Origin: an uncultured bacterium
Lineage (GTDB): Bacteria > Verrucomicrobiota > Verrucomicrobiia > Limisphaerales > UBA8199
Reading direction: 5' to 3'
NCBI GenBank assembly: GCA_963749495.1
Contig: CAVVMW010000012.1
Location: 320,001 to 384,000 of the forward strand
Length of the DNA: 64,000 nt
A program made the translations under genes and the position numbers. The notes beneath the pieces were generated by a model that was given only the letters and a program-made list of their open reading frames with translations, did not search any database and was not told where the DNA came from. Below, in pieces: positions 19,517 to 28,915 of the stretch (the stretch's first letter is position 1; each line of letters opens with the position of its first letter).

Positions 19517-19759
19517 ACCCAAAATGAACAAACTCGTCAAACCGGCTGGGCCACAGGCCACCGCCAAGGCGGTCATTTTGATTCGGCTGATGGTCGGAGG
19601 CGTTTTTCTCGTCTGTCAATGTGGCTTGGGCTGGTTTTTCTCCTAATCGTCGGCAGCGGCTGGTGGTCTTTGGAATCGCTCTGCGCCCGGCCCGGCGACA
19701 AGGCAAAACCCGCCTGAGGCGTAATGCCTCGGTGGAGGCGGGAGCGACACGGCGGGCAG

Positions 19760-19905
19760 ACCCCTCACCCCGACCCTCTCCCCTTCCGAAGGGGAGAGGG
19801 AGGCTTCTCGGCAGCGGCTTGAGAAAGCGGAGTCGCCTGGAATTCTCAGAGACTGCCGACGCTTCTCCCTTTCCCCTTCGGAAGGGGAGAGGGCTGGGGT
19901 GAGGG
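19760..19905. repeat. REP-like palindrome, family G
   Basis: CCCCTCACCCCGACCCTCTCCCC..GGGGAGAGGG ... GGGGAGAGGGCTGGGGTGAGGGG; half copy near 22878. Confidence 0.75.
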
Positions 19906-19988
19906 GTTCGCCGGGGACTCCGTCTCCGCCGTCACTGGCGGTTACCCTCACGCGGCACCGCCAATCCTTAGTGTTCAGCACATTCGGG

Positions 19989-22523
19989 CTACGGCACGAG
20001 CTTGACCTTGTAGAACCGGTGGTTGGCGGCGGCCGCGTTCGTGTCCACCAGTTCGCCGGCGCCCTGCGGTGTGCCCACGGGCGTGCGCAGCAGAAACCAG
20101 TTCACCAGGTCGTCCGAATACAACGCGCGATAACGCGCTGCGGGCGCTCCCAGCCAGCGCAAGTGGAAGCCGTCGGCCCCAAGCTGCGAACGGCTCAGCC
20201 GCGCGGCATTGGCCGGCGAAACGCCGGCATCGGGGAACAGGGTCACCGGGTCCATGAAACTGCCGGTCCAGTCCGGCCGCGCCGGCGCACTGGCGCCGGC
20301 CAGCAGGTTCGTCCATGCCTGGTCGGTCAAACGGCCGCTCATGGGCTCTTTGAACTCATAATAAGAGAACGACGGTCCGGCGGCGAGGAAGGTGCCTTCC
20401 TGGGGAAGCGCGCAGGCTGCGACCAGGACCTTCACATACCCGTCACCCTCCTCGAGGACCTGGCCGGAATTGGGATCGGTGTGCACGTCCGCCACCAGGG
20501 TCGTATCCCCCTCCTGCGGATCATCGGTCGTGCCGTCGATTTCCGGCAGGCTGTTGTAAAATCCGCCGATGAAATCATTGTCGGAGTCGCTGAGCGGCTG
20601 TCCCTGCAATTCCGTCACCGCGATGGCCCGCAGCCGGGCCAGAATGGACTCGAGTTGGAGGAGGTTGGTTGTCTGCGTCGCATCCAGGACGTTCAGATTG
20701 GCCAACCCGTTGCGTGAAAGGGCCGTCAAAGCGCGCAGCCGCTCGAAAACTTCCGGCACCGGCTCCACGTAGCCGGACGGGTTCGGGGGGCTTGGGGCCG
20801 CCGAGATGACGATGGTCGTGCTTTGCTTGGCGTAGAGGATGGTGTCGTGGCGCAACTCGGTCCACGAAGCCAGGGCGGCATTGAGCTGCTTGTCGTGCCA
20901 GGCGGTGGTCTGCATGAAAGGCGGGTAGCCTGGTCCGCACGGGTCGAACAAAGGGCGCAAGGTGTAAAGCCAGCCCCAATAAAGGTTGCGGGTCCACTCC
21001 GCCTGGCCGAAAGCGTCGAAGATGCCGAGCAGGTCGTTTGCGCGCAGGTCATAATCCACGTAATCCGTGTCGCCCGCGGAATCCAGCAGGCCCAATGCCC
21101 GCTCGGAGCCGAGCACCGCCATCACATCCAGGCCCCTGGGAAAGGCGCGAATCGGCGGGGGCACCACCACTAGGGTGAACGGGCTGCCCGTGCCGGTGTA
21201 AGCGCCAACACTCGGGAAGACCAGGTGCTGCATCATGTACGAATCGGGGATGAACCTCTGGCCCATCAGGCGCATGCCCTTTGTCTGGTCCAGCACCGCA
21301 TCCAGGTCCGCCGCCGTCGCGTTTGGCGGCACGGAGCAGTTTCCGGTCCCGCCGTAGATTTCCGGGCTGGGCATGGCCGCGAGCGCCTTCCGCAACGCCA
21401 GGAACGTGGCGTCGTCCGTCAGCGACAACACATTGACCTGTGCGCCGAACACCTGCATCAGGGCGAGTTTGTACTGGTAGGGAGTCAAATCGTCGGCCAG
21501 CCCGACAAAAAACGCGGTGACCGCATAGATCTGGTTCCAGGTTGCGGCGCAAGCGGGTGACTGGTCCAACTCCAGGGCCATCAGCAGCGCCGCCAGCGTC
21601 TGGATGCGCGCCTCGGCAACCGAAACCAGCGCGTCGCCGGGCACGTCGCCTCCCTTGAGCAGGTGCGTCATCTGGCCGTACCACATCATGGCCTGGAAAT
21701 ACCGTTGCAGGTCCTCGCTCGCCGTGTAATGGCCGCGCGGGGTGAATTGTGAATAGTCCTGCTGGTAGTTGAACAGGGGACTCTGCGCAAAACCGGCCTG
21801 AGCCTGGATATTGGCCAATTCCCCGGCGACGATACCCGCAACCGGGTCCGGCACGGTCACCTGCACCCCCAGCAGCTTCAACGCCACGCAGAAGAAGGCC
21901 ATGTTGCGCCGCCCCGCTTCTTGCAAGTCGCCCGTCAGGCTCGCGTAATCGTTGAGGGCGCCGGCCAGCATCGCCTGCGACATCGTTTTGAGTTGCGGCA
22001 GGAATTGATTGGTCTCCACCGTTCGCAGAATTGAGTCGAACTGCACGTGATACAGATGGAGCATGGAATCCGAGGTCACGAACGTGGGAATCCCCATCCA
22101 GAACAGATCGGAGTAAACCCCGGCCATGCTCGCTGCCTGGCCGCGGGAGACAACCACAAAGCCATTGGTCACCAGGGCGTTGCAGGCGCTCTGGCTCATG
22201 CTTAATCGCTGGGTGATGCTCGAGGCATTCGACACCTGGCTCAAGTCCAGAGGCAACACCGGCGCCGTGACACTCGGTGCCACCGAGACGGGTTGGTATT
22301 CGTAAGCGGATGAGAGCTGCACATCGGCCAGCCCGCTGTTGGTGCTGAGCGTCTGGGCCGGCAGCGGCGCGGGCACCGCCACCGCCGCCGCCAGGGCCAG
22401 CGCGAACCCGGCAGAGGCCGCGCGCCACCGCCGCTTCGAGCGGCAGCCGGCCCGCCGCACAAGGGCAGCGAAGATTCGGTGGCTTTCTGAGAAACCTCGA
22501 GAACCGTGGGTTTGAGATGTCAT
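19989..22523 (-). CDS. DUF3160-family secreted protein with C-terminal FY[RK]-motif domain
   Basis: FVTSDS.LH.YH, DYSQF.PRGHY, RLMGQRF.PDS, SWTELRHDTILYAKQ, VADVHT, SYYEF, RLTD..W. Confidence 0.9.
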   Translation of the reverse strand: MTSQTHGSRGFSESHRIFAALVRRAGCRSKRRWRAASAGFALALAAAVAVPAPLPAQTLSTNSGLADVQLSSAYEYQPVSVAPSVTAPVLPLDLSQVSNASSITQRLSMSQSACNALVTNGFVVVSRGQAASMAGVYSDLFWMGIPTFVTSDSMLHLYHVQFDSILRTVETNQFLPQLKTMSQAMLAGALNDYASLTGDLQEAGRRNMAFFCVALKLLGVQVTVPDPVAGIVAGELANIQAQAGFAQSPLFNYQQDYSQFTPRGHYTASEDLQRYFQAMMWYGQMTHLLKGGDVPGDALVSVAEARIQTLAALLMALELDQSPACAATWNQIYAVTAFFVGLADDLTPYQYKLALMQVFGAQVNVLSLTDDATFLALRKALAAMPSPEIYGGTGNCSVPPNATAADLDAVLDQTKGMRLMGQRFIPDSYMMQHLVFPSVGAYTGTGSPFTLVVVPPPIRAFPRGLDVMAVLGSERALGLLDSAGDTDYVDYDLRANDLLGIFDAFGQAEWTRNLYWGWLYTLRPLFDPCGPGYPPFMQTTAWHDKQLNAALASWTELRHDTILYAKQSTTIVISAAPSPPNPSGYVEPVPEVFERLRALTALSRNGLANLNVLDATQTTNLLQLESILARLRAIAVTELQGQPLSDSDNDFIGGFYNSLPEIDGTTDDPQEGDTTLVADVHTDPNSGQVLEEGDGYVKVLVAACALPQEGTFLAAGPSFSYYEFKEPMSGRLTDQAWTNLLAGASAPARPDWTGSFMDPVTLFPDAGVSPANAARLSRSQLGADGFHLRWLGAPAARYRALYSDDLVNWFLLRTPVGTPQGAGELVDTNAAAANHRFYKVKLVP

Positions 22524-22655
22524 GGGGACCCCTCTTTGCTATTATTCGACTTGGTACATATAACACCCAGGCACTTGCAGTCAATACTTTTTCTTGCCGA
22601 GAAGTAAGGCAGTAAGGCCTCAGTGGAGGCGGGGGCAGCATTGCCCCCGGCTCAC

Positions 22656-22845
22656 CGCGTAGCGGTGCCCGATGGTAGCCGTGGACTTCCAGTCCACGGA
22701 CCCATGGCCCAAGCTCGACCGCGTCGCGTAGCGACGCCTGAAAACCGCGACGCTGTCAGGCGTCGCTACGCGACGCGTGACCATTCCCACGCCCTGAACC
22801 GTGGACCGAGGTCCACGGCTACCTTCACTCCGTCGCTACGCGACA
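22656..22845. repeat. REP-like composite palindrome, family H
   Basis: GGTAGCCGTGGAC..GTCCACGG, CGTCGCGTAGCGACG / CGTCGCTACGCGACG, CCGTGGAC..GTCCACGGCTACC. Confidence 0.8.
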
Positions 22846-23045
22846 CGGGACGATTCCCACGCCCCGAACCGTGGACCGAGAGGGCCGGGGTGAGGGGTCT
22901 GCCCGGCACTCCGTCTCTGCCTTCACTGACCGATTGCGCCCAGAAACCGCTTTTGATTTGGCGGCCGACGCCCTTTAATCTACGCATGATAGACAGACGG
23001 CCGCTCGACGCTCGCCCCTCGGCACTGGGGAGCCTGAGCACCCGC

Positions 23046-24149
23046 ATGAAAACGGGTGTAAAGCTCGTGGTGGCGCTGGCCTTGCTGGGCGGGTTTGCGC
23101 GGCTGGTGCTCAGGCCGCACGAAGTGGCATTCGAAGGCAAGCCATTGAGGCTGCTGCTGCTGGAGGACCTCCACGGCCCGCCGTATTATCCCGGGTCCTA
23201 CTACGGAGTTGCAGTCTGGCGCCGGAGGGCTGCCCGCAATCCGCGGGCTGAGCGCGCCGTGCGCGCCTTGGGGACCAACGCCTTGCCGGTCCTGGTGGAG
23301 ATGGCGGCCAGCCGGGAATCATTCTTCCGGATGGTCCTCGGCCAGATGGCGCTCGACCGGTCCATGGACTACCTGCACCTGCCCCCGCAATACGGCAAAC
23401 ACGAGGTCGCCGCCTGGGCCTTCAAACTGCTGGGGCCGGCAGGACGGCCCGCCGTGCCGGTCCTGGCCCGGTTGCTGGAGGACCGCGACCCGTCCGTGCG
23501 GATGGCGGCGGCCGACTGCCTGGCGGGCATCGGCCCGGAGGCGCGCGAGGCGGTGCCGGGCCTGATCCGGGCGCTCCAGGCCCCCAGGGGGCCCGGGTGG
23601 AACCAAGATCAGGCGGTCGCCGCCGCCGCTTATGCCCTGGGCGAGATCGGTCCCGCCGCCGCCGCGGCCATTCCTTTCTTGGCCGGCATTACCAATGACG
23701 CGGCCCAGGTCGCCTTGATCAAGATCCGCCAGGGCTCCTTCCAGGCATTCTTCGAGCGGCTCAAAGACACCTCCAAGCCAGACCAGTGGTGCCTCACTGC
23801 CCAAGCAGTCAGCCTCCTGGGCACCAACGCCGACCCGGCCATCCCGTCTCTGCTGGCGGCATTCCAAAACACCAACAGCGCCATCAATCAATTCGCCGTC
23901 GACATCGTCGGCAAACTCCATCGCCGGCCCGATCTGTGCCTCGACCCGCTCGTCTCGCTCCTGGAATCCACCAACAGCAATTTGAGATGGTCCGCTCTCC
24001 TCGCCCTCGCTGGCTTTGGGTCGGACGCCAAACAGGTCCTGCCCCGGCTCCTCCCATACCTGACCAATCACGAGCGATACCTGCGCGAATGCGCCACCAA
24101 TGCCCTGGGGTTCATCGCCCCCGAGGTCTTGAAAGGCAAGGGCAAATGA
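23046..24149 (+). CDS. TM-anchored HEAT-repeat protein
   Basis: MKTGVKLVVALALL; repeated LG.IGP.A..A[VI]P.L units. Confidence 0.85.
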   Translation: MKTGVKLVVALALLGGFARLVLRPHEVAFEGKPLRLLLLEDLHGPPYYPGSYYGVAVWRRRAARNPRAERAVRALGTNALPVLVEMAASRESFFRMVLGQMALDRSMDYLHLPPQYGKHEVAAWAFKLLGPAGRPAVPVLARLLEDRDPSVRMAAADCLAGIGPEAREAVPGLIRALQAPRGPGWNQDQAVAAAAYALGEIGPAAAAAIPFLAGITNDAAQVALIKIRQGSFQAFFERLKDTSKPDQWCLTAQAVSLLGTNADPAIPSLLAAFQNTNSAINQFAVDIVGKLHRRPDLCLDPLVSLLESTNSNLRWSALLALAGFGSDAKQVLPRLLPYLTNHERYLRECATNALGFIAPEVLKGKGK

Positions 24150-25804
24150 CGTTCTTGCCCATCGTTGAGCGGGAGTTGCGGGTGGCGGCGCGCCGGCGCC
24201 TCACCTACTGGGGGCGCGCCCTCCTCGCCCTGGCCGCCATCATCATCGGGGTATTTGTCTATCTGGCGAACTCAGGTTCGCTCGCCTTCGCGGAGGGCTG
24301 TTTCTGGACGCTGTCCTGGCTGGCGGCCTTTTACTGCCTCTTCGCGGGGCTGGGCTTTACCGCCGATTGCCTGAGCGAGGAGAAGCGGGAGGGGACCCTG
24401 GGCCTGTTGTTCCTCACCGACCTCAAGGGACACGACGTTATCTTGGGCAAGCTGGCGGCCACGTCGCTGGGGGGGTTTTATGCCCTCCTGGGCCTGTTTC
24501 CGGTTCTGGCGGTGCCGCTCTTGCTGGGAGGCATCACCGTCGGCGAGTTCTGGCGCGTGGTCCTGGTCCTGACCGACACGGTCTTCTTCTCGCTGGCAAC
24601 GGCCCTGTTCATCTCGGCGGTGAGCCGCCGCCGGCGCAAGGCCCGCGCCGGGGCCTTTCTCCTCCTGATGTTGTTCACCGCTCTCCTTCCCCTGTGCGCG
24701 AGCGTCATCGTGGCCTATGTCCCGTTTCGCAAAAGCCTCCCAGCCCAGTGCCTGCTCATGCCCTGCCCGTTCTACGCCCTGGCCCGGAGTCCCGATTTCT
24801 TTTTCCGCGGGGGCGCGCGGCAGTTCTGGTGGTCGGCCGGGGTGATTCACGGCCTGAGCTGGCTGTTCCTGTTTTTGGCGGCGCGCGTGGCGCCCCATGC
24901 GTGGCAGGACCGGCCGGTCGAGGCGCGGCGCTGGCGCCGGCACGTCGCCTGGCGCAACTGGGTCTATGGCGGCGCGGCCTGGCGCGGGGCCTTCCGCGCC
25001 CGGTTGCTGGAGGCCAATCCCATCTGCTGGCTGGCCAGCCGCGCCCGGCTCAAGCCGGCCCTGGTGTGGACGTGCCTGGCAGCGGTGGCCGCGCTTTGGG
25101 TCTGCGGCTCCGCTTGGCTCCGCGGCGAATGGTTCAACGAGGGCGTCTATTTCCCGACCGCCGTCGTCTTGAATTCGATCCTCAAACTCTGGGTCGCGTC
25201 CGAAGCCGGCCGCCAATTTGCCGAAGACCGCCAATCCGGCGCGCTCGAACTGGTGGTTTCCACTACCCTGCGCGTCAAAGAGATCCTGCGCGGACAATGG
25301 ATGGCCTTGGAGCGGCAGTTTCTGGGGCCGCTATTGATGGTCATCGCCGTCGAACTGATCTTCCTGGCCGCCTCGCTCCAGCGCGAATCGTTCCATGCCC
25401 AGCCGATCAACCCGGTCCTCTGGCTGGCCCTGCTGGTCATGCTCCTGGCCGACCTCCTCGCCCTGGGCTGGGTCGGGATGTGGGAAGCCATGGTCGCCCG
25501 CAAACCCAACCACGTAACCGGCAAGACCGTCGTGCGCATCCTCGTGGCGCCGTGGGTGCTCTACATTGCCCTGACTATCGTGGCCGGCTTCCTCCTCGAA
25601 ACCAGCCCGCCGCAGCCCAGGCCGCTGACCTGGAAGTTCTTCGTCGCGCTCTGGTTCGGGCTGGGACTGCTGACCGACGCCGCCTTCATTGTGGGAGCGA
25701 TGGTGCATTTGCGCCGGAGCTTCCGCACGCTGGCACTCCAGCGCCTGGCCCCGGCCTCCTCCGCCCTGGCGCGGCTCTTCAGGAGAAAAAGACGCCGGCC
25801 GTAG
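24146..25804 (+). CDS. ABC-2-type transporter permease
   Basis: MTFLPIVERELRVAARR, ADCLSEEKREGTLGLLFLT, and a second copy EDRQSGALEL; multiple TM helices; ATGA overlap with the upstream gene. Confidence 0.88.
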   Translation: MTFLPIVERELRVAARRRLTYWGRALLALAAIIIGVFVYLANSGSLAFAEGCFWTLSWLAAFYCLFAGLGFTADCLSEEKREGTLGLLFLTDLKGHDVILGKLAATSLGGFYALLGLFPVLAVPLLLGGITVGEFWRVVLVLTDTVFFSLATALFISAVSRRRRKARAGAFLLLMLFTALLPLCASVIVAYVPFRKSLPAQCLLMPCPFYALARSPDFFFRGGARQFWWSAGVIHGLSWLFLFLAARVAPHAWQDRPVEARRWRRHVAWRNWVYGGAAWRGAFRARLLEANPICWLASRARLKPALVWTCLAAVAALWVCGSAWLRGEWFNEGVYFPTAVVLNSILKLWVASEAGRQFAEDRQSGALELVVSTTLRVKEILRGQWMALERQFLGPLLMVIAVELIFLAASLQRESFHAQPINPVLWLALLVMLLADLLALGWVGMWEAMVARKPNHVTGKTVVRILVAPWVLYIALTIVAGFLLETSPPQPRPLTWKFFVALWFGLGLLTDAAFIVGAMVHLRRSFRTLALQRLAPASSALARLFRRKRRRP

Positions 25805-25812
25805 GGTTTCCC

Positions 25813-25972
25813 GAATGACGAATGACGAATGACGAATGACGAATGACGAAACTGCACACCCATCCGCCGGTCTTGCCATTCGTCATTCGTCATTCGTCAT
25901 TCGTCATTCAGCCCTCCGCTACGCATCCAAATGAAAAGTGGTATAGGTTCCCTTTCACGTTTCACGTTTCAC
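25813..25972. repeat. Inverted heptamer arrays (GAATGAC)5 / (CATTCGT)4, plus a (TTTCACG) run
   Basis: Read directly; lies between convergent genes. Confidence 0.9.
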
Positions 25973-25979
25973 GCCCCCC

Positions 25980-26796
25980 TCAAAACCCCCGCAGCCCGGT
26001 GCTGGTCCGCTGCGTCAATCCCGGCGCCGGGAGGCGTTTGAGCACCAGGTACTGGATGCCGCGCTGCGCGCAGTATTCGCGTTTGCCTCCCTGGTCGCCG
26101 TCCTCGTTCACAGCGTAGATGTCCGGTTTGAGGCGCGCGATCTCGGGGTCGGCATCGAGCCAGCCGTTGCCGCTGGAGATCAGCGCCTGCGTCACGTAAC
26201 GGATCGAGCCGACCAAGTAACGGCGCTCGTGCTCTGTCAGCAACGGGTGCCCCGGACCTTTGAGCAGCCGGATGTTGGCGTCGTGACCCACGATGACATA
26301 GAGGTCGCCGTAGGCGCTGACCTCCTCGAAGAAGCGGACGTGCCCGGAGTGGAGCCAATCGTAGCAGCCGGTCACGACGATTTTCTTCTGACCGGGCCTG
26401 GCCGGCTGCGCGGGAGGTTCGGGAAAGCCCTCCAGGCAAGCCGGCGCCAGCACCCGGTAGTGGAGGCCGCGCTCTCGGCAAGCCGCCAGGCGGGCGGGGT
26501 TGGCGGCAGCGGGTTCATCCACCCACACCTCCGGGCGGAGGCCCTCGATCTGTAGCGGCGCACCCGGCTCGATCAGCCCGGGCGCGGCCACCGCCCGGCA
26601 GACGCAGCGCACGGCGTTGAGCAGGTAGAGCCGCTCGGCCAGTGGGAACTTGGGCGGCCTGCCCGCAAACCGGCGCACCGCCTGATCCGGCCACACCAGG
26701 ACGCTCACCTCGCCCAAGCGGGCGGCCTCCTGCAGAAACCGAAGGTGCCGCGAACGCAGGTCATCGAAGGCCCCAGTGACGACGAACTGATGTCAT
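25980..26796 (-). CDS. Tandem-domain cytidylyltransferase-family protein (probable frameshift at the start)
   Basis: Domain 1 VVTGAFDDLRSRH (degenerate); domain 2 VVTGCYDWLHSGH (HxGH). ATG 26796 is out of frame. Confidence 0.8.
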
Positions 26797-26979
26797 AAAT
26801 GCTCTCGAAGCGGTTTTCCGCCGCCTCGGGCCATTCAACAACGGCCCGGCACCCCCTGCGAGCAGAATTACATTCTCATCAACCAACCGCACGGCCACGC
26901 AGGGGTGTGAGACAGAATTCTTGTTGGACCTCCAGATCGCAACTCTCAGAGATGATCTGGCTCTTCGATCCTCCGTTTT

Positions 26980-27135
26980 CTTCCTTTCCTTCTGTTCTTT
27001 TCCACCGTCCCACCGGCTGGGCACAGGAACAGAACAGAAGGAAACAAAGGAAACGAAGAGGCGGCCGGAGGGGCGGCATCGTTGTGGTCCGTGCCAGTGC
27101 GTATCCGGATGCCTGGAGCCCCTCTGTGATGAAAG
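26980..27135. repeat. Dispersed repeat family F (pyrimidine/purine 9-mer hairpin plus conserved tail)
   Basis: TTCCTTCTGTTC..GAACAGAAGGAAAC plus tail, homologous to 55797-55965. Confidence 0.75.
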
Positions 27136-27148
27136 CCCAGCAAAATCC

Positions 27149-27217
27149 ATGGAGTTCCAGCGGTTCCTCCGCGAGGCCCAGGCTGCCGCCCACCTCGGCC
27201 ACCCCAATATCGTGCCG
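27149..27217 (+). pseudogene. Ser/Thr kinase fragment (subdomains III-IV)
   Basis: RFLREAQAAAHLGHPNIV with no other kinase motifs nearby. Confidence 0.55.
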
Positions 27218-27231
27218 TTTCTTAGGCGGGC

Positions 27232-27597
27232 ATGACCACTGACACGATGACCCGGGATGGCCAGGCCCAGGCCACCTATGAGGCCTTTGATGAACCAGTC
27301 CCGCCAGTGTTTCAGGCCATGACGTCTCCCAATGCGGCATTTGATTATGTGTCGTTGCGGGTGATGAACGTCCTGCCGAAATGGTCGAAACTGGAGGCGA
27401 TCGTGCGGCTTGGCAATCCGAACCTCGCCGCCGGAAAAGCCTCGCTGACGGTGTATTACTACAAATGGCCGCAGTTGACGGAATCACCCTGGCCGGCGCG
27501 AGAAACTTTATTTGGAATCATTAAAAAAGGGAGAGACATAGGTGTAACGCAGCCTGCATCTGTCATAACCTATCCTTTCCTCGCGGCTATGCTTTGA
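27232..27597 (+). CDS. Hypothetical protein or fragment
   Basis: 121-aa ORF with protein-like composition at the edge of a lower-GC islet; no recognisable motif. Confidence 0.3.
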   Translation: MTTDTMTRDGQAQATYEAFDEPVPPVFQAMTSPNAAFDYVSLRVMNVLPKWSKLEAIVRLGNPNLAAGKASLTVYYYKWPQLTESPWPARETLFGIIKKGRDIGVTQPASVITYPFLAAML

Positions 27598-28036
27598 CGA
27601 ACCAACGCGATCCTTTTTTCTTTGCCGTCTTTTCTGCTACTAACTCTTTGAGCGTCGCTGCTACGTCATCCTTCTTAGCGGTTACGCCTTGTTCTTTCAG
27701 TTTCGCGGTCAGCCCAGCCGGGTCTTGTGCGTCTTTGCTCAACAAACCGAGCAAGGGTTTCTTTAAGTCAGGGTTGACGGTGCCCTTGCCCTTGCTCTTT
27801 TTCTCATCGCGGCCATTATCCGCATTTCGCGGTGGAGGGGATTGAACATCTAAAGCCGCGTTAATTGAATTGAGTGCTGATTCAAGCTCGTCTCGCTCCT
27901 GCTCTACGTCCTTTTTGATGAACGGCAAAAGGACGATTTTATCGCTGGTTTTCAATGTGTCATACTTCGCGGCTTTCTCCTTGATCGCAGCCCGCAGTTC
28001 ATTCGGCTGCCTGTCTGCCGTTTCTTTGTCTGCCAT
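27587..28036 (-). CDS. Lys-rich hypothetical protein (coiled coil plus possible winged helix)
   Basis: ATG 28036 preceded by AAAGGAAA; 149 aa; lower GC than its neighbours. Confidence 0.65.
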   Translation of the reverse strand: MADKETADRQPNELRAAIKEKAAKYDTLKTSDKIVLLPFIKKDVEQERDELESALNSINAALDVQSPPPRNADNGRDEKKSKGKGTVNPDLKKPLLGLLSKDAQDPAGLTAKLKEQGVTAKKDDVAATLKELVAEKTAKKKGSRWFVKA

Positions 28037-28129
28037 CGCGTTTCCTTTCTCTCTGCAAATGTTTTGTTTGACGCATTCCGATACGGCTTTCATCCGTAAC
28101 CGATACCCCCCGCCAACGCAAGGATTATT

Positions 28130-28320
28130 ATGAACTCGACACGGCAGGTCTTGCCGGGGACAGTGACAAAGGTCATCGCACAACCGGCGCCAGCGGGATT
28201 GGGGACCACCGCCGCGACCCGTGGACGCGGGAAGACACGCAGGGTGAAACTGGCAACGGCGCTGAGCGGTGGGACGGCGTCATCGGTGACGCGGACCGTG
28301 ATGAGGCTGGCGCCCGGGGC
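28130..28320 (-). pseudogene. C-terminal fragment of an Ig-domain secreted protein
   Basis: ITVRVTDDAVPPLSAVASFTLRV...TVPGKTCRVEF, then stops at the low-GC islet. Confidence 0.5.
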
Positions 28321-28642
28321 CTGGGCTGGAGCGGGCTTGCGAGCGGAGGCCCAGGTTGCCGGCAATTTTGTCCTGCACCCACCCTGCTTCCCCAAAAAAC
28401 GGCAAGGGGTCGCTGGTTTTTGAAAAAAGCTGGCTCCTCGAGCGGAATTAAGGGTAAATCGCAGCACCGACAGGCACTCGGTGCCGCCGGGAATCCGTTG
28501 GTTTGATAGCGTATGAAGACTCCGTCAAGAAACCTGTTGGCCCTGTTTTCGGCTGTGATTTGTGCGCTGTCGGGGCCGCGCGCGGCGGCGCAGGGAAGTT
28601 GGGCCCGGTGCGATTGAGAGCGTCGGGCACCCGCACCGGAGG

Positions 28643-28836
28643 TTTTGTCCCGGAGGGACATCTGACAATAGCCCGGCGTTTCAACGCCGGGGAGGCCAGA
28701 AGAAGGACCATCGTCCCGAAGGGACGACTGAGAGGACTCCTTGGGTCCAGCCGTCCCTTCGGGACGGAGCTGCTCCTTCGGGCCGCTCACCCGGCGTTGA
28801 AACGCCGGGCTATTCTCGCAAGCCCCTTCGGGGCAC
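28643..28836. repeat. REP-like composite palindrome, family A
   Basis: CCCGGCGTTTCAACGCCGGG / CGTCCCGAAGGGACG and their inverted partners. Confidence 0.85.
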
Positions 28837-28915
28837 AGAGGCGCCGTGAACTGACCGACGGCTTTAATCGCACCCACAGGGGCCGGTGAACTTCCAGATT
28901 CTGAGCCTTGATCCC

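Noticed and set aside
25813..25972. CRISPR array (also considered for 42746 and 49786)
   Set aside because: Units are 7-12 bp tandem repeats without unique spacers; no cas genes in the window.
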